From the NCBI GenBank assembly GCA_045653205.1, contig JAZOLT010000006.1, forward strand, positions 65,943-129,942: a stretch of 64,000 nt of DNA, written 5' to 3'. Under the pieces are notes generated by a model that worked only from the letters and a program-made list of their open reading frames with translations, did no database searches and was not told the DNA's origin. The stretch's first letter is position 1, and every line of letters begins with the position of its first letter. The stretch is from Christensenellaceae bacterium. Its GTDB lineage: Bacteria; Bacillota; Clostridia; Christensenellales; Borkfalkiaceae. A program made the translations under genes and the position numbers. Shown in pieces: positions 54,417-64,000 of the stretch.

Positions 54417-54620
54417 CTAATCGTTAATTGCAATCAATTTGCCGTCGTAAATTTCTTGAGCAGCAACAGATAAAGGCTTTTCCTTTCCGGGAAGGTCGGT
54501 GTATCCTTGGTTTTGTGCTTGCTCCATAAGTTGTCTTGCCCTCTTGCTTGCTACTACACAAAGTGCGTATTTTGAGCCTATCTTTTCTGCCAATTCATCA
54601 ATCGGTGGTTTATGTATCAT
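54417..54620 (-). CDS. rpoZ: DNA-directed RNA polymerase subunit omega
   Basis: 67 aa; SKYALCVVASKRARQL; gmk-rpoZ synteny. Confidence 0.9.
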   Translation of the reverse strand: MIHKPPIDELAEKIGSKYALCVVASKRARQLMEQAQNQGYTDLPGKEKPLSVAAQEIYDGKLIAIND

Positions 54621-54638
54621 ACTTTTTTCTCCTTTTCT

Positions 54639-55199
54639 TTACTTTAAGGTTTTTTCTGCCTTGATAATCTCTTCTATTTGCTCTACGGCAACCGTTAAAT
54701 TGTCGTTAATCACGGTGTAGTCGTAGCTTTTTCCTTGTTCAGTTTCGTATGCAATACGCTCCATTCTTGCTTTTATCTTTTCTAGGCTTTCGGTATTGCG
54801 TTTAAGTAGCCTATTTTCTAGTTCTTCTAACGACGGGGGTTGAACCATTATCAGCAATGCCTCAGGATAGTTTTCTTTTACCCTTAGCCCTCCGTTAACG
54901 TCTATCTCTAATAAAACGTCGTTATTCTCTAAACCTTTAAGCGTAAAATCCTTAGGCGTTCCATAGCTGTTTTCAAAATGCTCAGAATACTCTAAAAAGC
55001 CATCATTTTTTATACGCTCGCTAAATTCTTGCTTAGTTATAAAATAATATTCTCTTCCGTGCTGTTCGCCAGCTCTTGGCTGTCTAGTAGTGCAAGAGAC
55101 ACTTAACAAAATTTCTGGGTTACGCCTAACAAGTTCTTTTGCAATCGTCCCTTTCCCAACACCTGAAGGGCCTGATAATACTATTAATAAATTTCTCAT
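54639..55199 (-). CDS. gmk: Guanylate kinase
   Basis: LSGPSGVGKGT, TTRQPR.GE..G.EYYF. Confidence 0.95.
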   Translation of the reverse strand: MRNLLIVLSGPSGVGKGTIAKELVRRNPEILLSVSCTTRQPRAGEQHGREYYFITKQEFSERIKNDGFLEYSEHFENSYGTPKDFTLKGLENNDVLLEIDVNGGLRVKENYPEALLIMVQPPSLEELENRLLKRNTESLEKIKARMERIAYETEQGKSYDYTVINDNLTVAVEQIEEIIKAEKTLK

Positions 55200-55200
55200 A

Positions 55201-56070
55201 CTACTCTATGTTTTGAACTTGCTCTCTTACCTTTTCAATTTCATTTTTTAATGAAAGTGCTAACGTAGTTACCTCAATGTCGTTAGATTTTGAACAAATA
55301 GTGTTTGTTTCTCTGTTAAACTCTTGCATTAAAAAATCTAGTCTTTTGCCCGCCCCGTCCGTTTTAGAGATTTCAATGAATTGCGATATGTGTGAATTTA
55401 GCCTTGTTAACTCTTCATCAATATTTGCTCTATCTGTAAAGTGTGCTACCTCTGATAGCAGCCTTGCTTCGTCATACTGAACGTCTTTAAGAACCTCTTG
55501 TATACGTTCTGTTAATTTTTCTCTATACTCAGTTGCAACCATTGGTGCTCTAAGAGCAATCTTTTTTCTAAGCTCGCTAATGGTTTGCATTCTTGAAAGC
55601 ATATCAGCCTTTAGCTTTTCGCCCTCAATTGCTCGCATTTCATTTAGTTTGTCACAAGCACTTTTTACAGTAGAAACTATAATTTCTTCTAACCCTGAAA
55701 GGTCTGAAACAGTGTTGTCTATTATTACTTCTGGGCATTTCATTAAGTATGAAACTGTGCAGTCGTTTTCTAAACCCAGTCTTTCAGCTATCTGTTTGCT
55801 TGCAGAATAATAGCCGTTAACCTTGTCAAAGTCTACAAAAAGGTCAACCTCGTGTTCTCTTGCATCAAAGTAAGATAAAAATAGGTCAACTCTACCTCTT
55901 TTAATAGACGATTGAACGGTCTTTCTAATCAAATCCTCGTATGCCATAAATGCACGAGGTGTTTTACAGTTAAAATCAAGGTTTCTGTTATTTACAGTCT
56001 TCATTTCAACCGTAAGTGTAAGCCCGTCTTTAGTATATTCTGCTTTGCCGTAGCCGGTCATGCTTAACAT
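55201..56070 (-). CDS. yicC: YicC family stress-induced protein
   Basis: MLSMTGYG..., 289 aa, C-terminal EIEKVREQVQNIE; lies upstream of gmk as in many bacteria. Confidence 0.9.
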   Translation of the reverse strand: MLSMTGYGKAEYTKDGLTLTVEMKTVNNRNLDFNCKTPRAFMAYEDLIRKTVQSSIKRGRVDLFLSYFDAREHEVDLFVDFDKVNGYYSASKQIAERLGLENDCTVSYLMKCPEVIIDNTVSDLSGLEEIIVSTVKSACDKLNEMRAIEGEKLKADMLSRMQTISELRKKIALRAPMVATEYREKLTERIQEVLKDVQYDEARLLSEVAHFTDRANIDEELTRLNSHISQFIEISKTDGAGKRLDFLMQEFNRETNTICSKSNDIEVTTLALSLKNEIEKVREQVQNIE

Positions 56071-56122
56071 TTTTTAAATCTCCTAGATATTTAATTTATT
56101 TTATCATATAAATTATAATTTA

Positions 56123-60311
<4,189 letters not shown>

Positions 60312-60319
60312 ACTTTTCT

Positions 60320-60348
60320 ATTATAACATTTTAAGCCAACCATTTCAA
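60320..60348 (-). promoter_or_regulatory. Candidate promoter placing the start site at or next to the pcrA ATG (leaderless-type)
   Basis: Minus strand reads TTGAAA (60348-60343), 17-nt spacer ending in TGt, TATAAT (60325-60320). Only 8 nt (agaaaagt, no SD) lie before the ATG at 60311. Confidence 0.45.
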
Positions 60349-60397
60349 GTATAAGAATAAATTATATTTTGTCAAATAAAAAATTATTTTAATTCGC

Positions 60398-60427
60398 TTG
60401 CTATAAGTATGTTATTTGTGCTATTAT
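60398..60427 (+). promoter_or_regulatory. Candidate promoter for the SDR-pdxK pair
   Basis: TTGCTA (60398-60403), 18-nt spacer ending in TGc, TATTAT (60422-60427). Confidence 0.45.
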
Positions 60428-60453
60428 TTACTCAAAAGGAAAGGATATTTTAT

Positions 60454-61284
60454 ATGAAAAAAGCTTGGATTTATGGTAAAAACGTTGTTATAACAGGTGC
60501 AAGCGGAGGATTAGGTTTTTGCATATCAAAAATGCTTATTCAAAAGTATAATTGCACGGTTTTTGCAATTGCCAGAAACGAGCATAAGTTATTAAAGGCT
60601 AAGTCATCTCTTAATAACCTAGAGGATAAATTTATTCCTTTTATTTTTGACGTAAACGATAAGTCAGCTTGGGCAAATTTTACTAATAATCTAACTGATA
60701 ACAATATTCAAATTGACGTTTTAATAAACAATGCAGGCTTTATGCTTCCATTTTGCAAGTTTGAAAAACTTGCCGAGGATGAAATTGATGAGATTGTTAA
60801 AACAAACTTTATCTCTAGCGTTTATATAACCAAAACGTTACTACCTTTACTCAAAAAGTCCTCAACCCCTGCTATTATAAACGTTTCTAGTAGTGCTGGT
60901 CAATGTGCCGTTATTGGCGAGAGTATGTATTGTGCCACAAAATTTGCAATGCGTGGATTTACAGAAACACTTATACAAGAATATAAAAAACAAATTTACG
61001 TTGCAGGAATTTATCCAGGTTTTATTAAGACAAATATTCTTAACAGAATGTCTATTAAAGATAAAGAGAATAAGCTAATCAATCGTTTGATGACACCTGT
61101 TGATAAGGCAACTAAAAAAATTGTAAGAAGAATTGTAAAAAAGCAAAAAAGAATTGTTTTAGGTGTTGACGGAAGATGTATGACTTTCTTTTCAAGAATT
61201 TTTCCTAAGCTCACCCCATCAATTGTTGCAAAAGTATTAAAAGCCTCAAAATTAGAATTGTTCTCACAAGTTTTTGATGAGTAA
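60454..61284 (+). CDS. Short-chain dehydrogenase/reductase (classical SDR)
   Basis: ITGASGGLG, NNAG, YCATKFA (YxxxK). I use the ATG at 60454 (SD AAAGGAAAGGA), because the track start at 60409 lies inside the predicted promoter. Confidence 0.85.
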   Translation: MKKAWIYGKNVVITGASGGLGFCISKMLIQKYNCTVFAIARNEHKLLKAKSSLNNLEDKFIPFIFDVNDKSAWANFTNNLTDNNIQIDVLINNAGFMLPFCKFEKLAEDEIDEIVKTNFISSVYITKTLLPLLKKSSTPAIINVSSSAGQCAVIGESMYCATKFAMRGFTETLIQEYKKQIYVAGIYPGFIKTNILNRMSIKDKENKLINRLMTPVDKATKKIVRRIVKKQKRIVLGVDGRCMTFFSRIFPKLTPSIVAKVLKASKLELFSQVFDE

Positions 61285-61302
61285 ATAAAGGAGAATATAA
61301 AA

Positions 61303-62139
61303 ATGAATAGAATTTTAACAGTTCAAGACGTTTCCTGCGTTGGAAAATGCTCGCTTACAGTTGCTTTGCCAATTATTTCTGCTTGTGGCATTGAAACTGC
61401 AATACTACCTACTGCAGTGCTTTCAACCCACACGGCATTTAAGAACTTTACCTTTAGAGATTTAACCGACGATTTGCCCGACATTATCAACCATTGGAAA
61501 AACGAAAATATTACCTTCGATGCTATATATACCGGTTATTTAGGTTCGTTAAGACAAATTGATATTATTTCAGATATAATAGATAAATTTAAAACGAAAA
61601 ACAATTTTGTGCTTATTGACCCCGTTATGGCTGACCACGGAAAACTATACCCTGGTTTTGACCAAAACTTTGCATTCAATATGGCAAAACTATGCAAAAA
61701 GGCAGACGTTATTGTTCCAAACTTAACTGAGGCTTCTTTCATGCTAGATATACCCTACGTTGAAAGCGGGTATGATGAAAAATATATTCAAGACGTTCTT
61801 AAAAAACTTGTAGCCCTTGGATGCAAACGTGCAATTTTAACTGGAGTTTGCTTTGATGGTGTTAACGTTGGTGCTTATTCGTTTGATAGTGAAAAAGATG
61901 AATTTTCATTCTATACGAGAGAACTTTTACCCGTTAGCTTTCACGGAACGGGCGACGTTTTTGCAAGTGCTATCTGTGGTGCAATGACAAAGGGAAAAAC
62001 CCTATCAGAAGCAATAAAAATCGCTGTTGATTTTACAGTAGAGAGCATTAGTAAGACAATTGCTAGCCCCGAACACAACTGGTATGGAGTTGAATTTGAA
62101 AAAGCTCTTCCTTTGTTAGTTGATAAATTAAACAAATAA
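61303..62139 (+). CDS. pdxK: Pyridoxal/pyridoxamine kinase (ribokinase superfamily)
   Basis: ILTVQDVSCVGKCSL, IDPVMADHGKLY, HGTGDVFAS. Confidence 0.85.
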   Translation: MNRILTVQDVSCVGKCSLTVALPIISACGIETAILPTAVLSTHTAFKNFTFRDLTDDLPDIINHWKNENITFDAIYTGYLGSLRQIDIISDIIDKFKTKNNFVLIDPVMADHGKLYPGFDQNFAFNMAKLCKKADVIVPNLTEASFMLDIPYVESGYDEKYIQDVLKKLVALGCKRAILTGVCFDGVNVGAYSFDSEKDEFSFYTRELLPVSFHGTGDVFASAICGAMTKGKTLSEAIKIAVDFTVESISKTIASPEHNWYGVEFEKALPLLVDKLNK

Positions 62140-62151
62140 TAATAAAAAAAT

Positions 62152-62178
62152 AAAAACCCCACGCTACGTGGGGTTTTT
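62152..62178. terminator. Bidirectional terminator between convergent pdxK and the CBM9-like gene
   Basis: AAAAA-CCCCACG-cta-CGTGGGG-TTTTT. Confidence 0.85.
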
Positions 62179-62179
62179 A

Positions 62180-62707
62180 TTATACTATCTTTATAAAAAA
62201 TGCTGGTTCGTGAAAACGATGGCGAAGTGTTGGATTTAGTGATAAAAGATTTTTTTCTACTATTCCACCTTCCGTTTCAACCCTAAAAGCATTTATCCAT
62301 ATTCCATTTTCCTTGTTGTAACCTAGTTTATCTAGTGGCAAAGAAAAATCTACACTATAATCGTTTCCCTTAACCTCAACACTAGAGGTTACATAGTTTT
62401 CAAGTGGAACACTAAACACGCTTTGCTCATTTGGATAATAACGAATTTTTTTGAAAAATACCGTATTATTTGGGGCAACCTCAACTTCAAAATATTCACG
62501 CCTGTTTGTAGAGGTGCAAATAAAAGCTTCTACAACGTCACCTAGATATAGCTTATCATTATAGTTTGTGCCTGCACTATAAAGTTTAGAGTCCTTACAC
62601 TCAAAATGAAAGCTAATGTTTTTATCGTCTACACTAACCTCAACAGAGGTGGTAAACGGTGTTTCACCACCCCTATCGTTTTCTCTTAAATAAAATTTCT
62701 TGCTCAT
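62180..62707 (-). CDS. Carbohydrate-binding family 9-like / DOMON-like domain protein, no signal peptide
   Basis: LYLGDVVEAFI..REYFEVEVAPNN..., WINAFRVE and LNPT..RFHEPAFF resemble the CBM9-like fold signature. The start is ambiguous (ATG 62707 or TTG 62746). Confidence 0.5.
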   Translation of the reverse strand: MSKKFYLRENDRGGETPFTTSVEVSVDDKNISFHFECKDSKLYSAGTNYNDKLYLGDVVEAFICTSTNRREYFEVEVAPNNTVFFKKIRYYPNEQSVFSVPLENYVTSSVEVKGNDYSVDFSLPLDKLGYNKENGIWINAFRVETEGGIVEKNLLSLNPTLRHRFHEPAFFIKIV

Positions 62708-62711
62708 ATCC

Positions 62712-64000
62712 TTATTTTTTAATTTCAGGAAGCGATGCTGCTGCAATACTTTGACCTACACGCTTATTAGATTCATCTGGCATAGTGATATCAATATCAG
62801 CATATTCAGGGAATTCTGCTTTTAATACTTCCTTAGCCTTTTCTACGATAATGCTTCCACCCTCACCACTAGTAACTCTACCTAGTAATAATAAGTGTTT
62901 AATATTTTTGTAGAATTCAATATAATAAGGAATTGCATATCCAAGATATACACCAATATCTTCGTAAATTTGTCTTGCCATTGGGTCGTTTTCAAGCATA
63001 AGCTTTTGAATAACCTTTAGCTTTTCTGCTGGAGAAGAAGCTTCCTCTGGGAACTTAAAGCCAGAATTTTCAGCAAGCTTTATAACTCCGTCTTGAGAGA
63101 AGTATTTAACACCACAGCCATAATCACCACTCCACTCGTCTACCATTGATTCGGTAGAATAATCCACAGGAACGAATGCAACCTCAGATAACCAACCGTT
63201 GAGTAAACCCTTATCGTTGATATATCCAACTGCTTCACTAGTGCCCATAGCAATACCTAAAACGCAGTTATCGTTTAAGTCTATTGCACCAGCGAGAGCT
63301 GTAACGTCACCATCGTTTGCAACCTCTAGAGGAGCACCGATTTCTTTTGCAATATTGATATACATTGGTTGAACGTGTTCTTTATAAACTTCCTTTGGAA
63401 CTTTTAAGAATAGTGATGCAACCATTATCTTATTGTCTACGTATACACCTGCACTTGAAACACCGATAGCATCTACTCTAGGCATCTTGCTTGCAGCTGT
63501 TTTCATAGCTTCCATTATACCTTGATAGTGGTAGTTATAGTCGCTATTAATTTTGGGGAACCATACAACTTCTTCGCTATACACAACCTTTCCATCAATA
63601 ACTGCACTAACCTTTCTGTCGCTTCCACCTGCGTCAAAACCAATTCTGCAACCATCTAAATGGCCACCAATTTTAACTTCACATGGGTTGAACTTAGGGA
63701 AATCATCTCCATTAGTCTTTACAACCTCAAATGGTTTTTCGTAAACCGTTTGCATAAAATCTACGTCAAACGCACGCTTTCCGTTTAAGGTGTAGTCTGC
63801 ACTTATTCTATCATATATATAGTCGTCGCCATCGATATAAATTTTATAGCCGCCTACTACCCATAGGATAGACTTTATAATACGCTCAACTATTCCATAG
63901 TTGCGTTCGTTTTTATCACTATCAGCAAAAATGTTGAGTTCGTATACGTAGTTATAACCACTATTTCTTTCAACACATAGCTTTAGTAATTTTGAGTCCG
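62712..64000 (-). CDS. ROK/ASKHA-type sugar kinase-like protein with an N-terminal extension (5' end outside the window)
   Basis: GFDAGGSDRKV and EVANDGDVTALAGA are ROK-like motifs. My translation shows the frame stays open, with no stop and no Met, from 63756 to 64000 (…YKIYIDGDDYIYDRISADYTLNGKRAFDVDF-MQTVYEK…). The Met at 63755 is therefore probably internal. Confidence 0.6.
   Translation of the reverse strand, partial: DSKLLKLCVERNSGYNYVYELNIFADSDKNERNYGIVERIIKSILWVVGGYKIYIDGDDYIYDRISADYTLNGKRAFDVDFMQTVYEKPFEVVKTNGDDFPKFNPCEVKIGGHLDGCRIGFDAGGSDRKVSAVIDGKVVYSEEVVWFPKINSDYNYHYQGIMEAMKTAASKMPRVDAIGVSSAGVYVDNKIMVASLFLKVPKEVYKEHVQPMYINIAKEIGAPLEVANDGDVTALAGAIDLNDNCVLGIAMGTSEAVGYINDKGLLNGWLSEVAFVPVDYSTESMVDEWSGDYGCGVKYFSQDGVIKLAENSGFKFPEEASSPAEKLKVIQKLMLENDPMARQIYEDIGVYLGYAIPYYIEFYKNIKHLLLLGRVTSGEGGSIIVEKAKEVLKAEFPEYADIDITMPDESNKRVGQSIAAASLPEIKK

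Overview
AT-rich, tightly packed chromosomal core region that looks like a low-GC Firmicutes/Clostridia-type genome (sigH, cwlD and mrnC-rlmB-sigH synteny; standard genetic code). I call about 60 protein genes, of which about 53 are on the minus strand, many with overlapping stop/start codons. Content is mostly housekeeping. It includes an 11-gene purine operon (purE-C-F-M, an FNT channel, purN, a PurO-like gene, purH(AICARFT), purD, purL, fhs) behind a leader that I read as a ZTP (pfl-type) riboswitch. Other blocks are mrnC-rlmB-sigH-dnaX-ybaB-recR-gpsA, pcrA-ligA-yicC-gmk-rpoZ-priA-def-fmt-rsmB-rlmN-rpe, and rpmE-(DUF1385::prmC)-prfA. I saw no rRNA, tRNA, CRISPR array, transposase/integrase or recognisable defence island. 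Five loci are the best candidates for something undescribed. (1) A GlmU-like uridylyltransferase::galactokinase-like GHMP kinase fusion, co-transcribed with a WbpP-like UDP-HexNAc 4-epimerase and next to a CE4-like protein. (2) A translationally coupled triad: a DUF5685-like Cys protein, an HPD-less J-like protein with a C-terminal cysteine string, and a polytopic membrane protein. (3) A formate/nitrite-type channel embedded in the riboswitch-controlled pur-fhs operon, with a PurF that has Ser where the catalytic Cys1 is expected. (4) A 1045-aa lipobox plus C-terminal-anchor surface protein. (5) A stand-alone WYL regulator divergent from a 69-aa Cys-containing ORF. All family calls come from motif recognition by eye; no searches were run.
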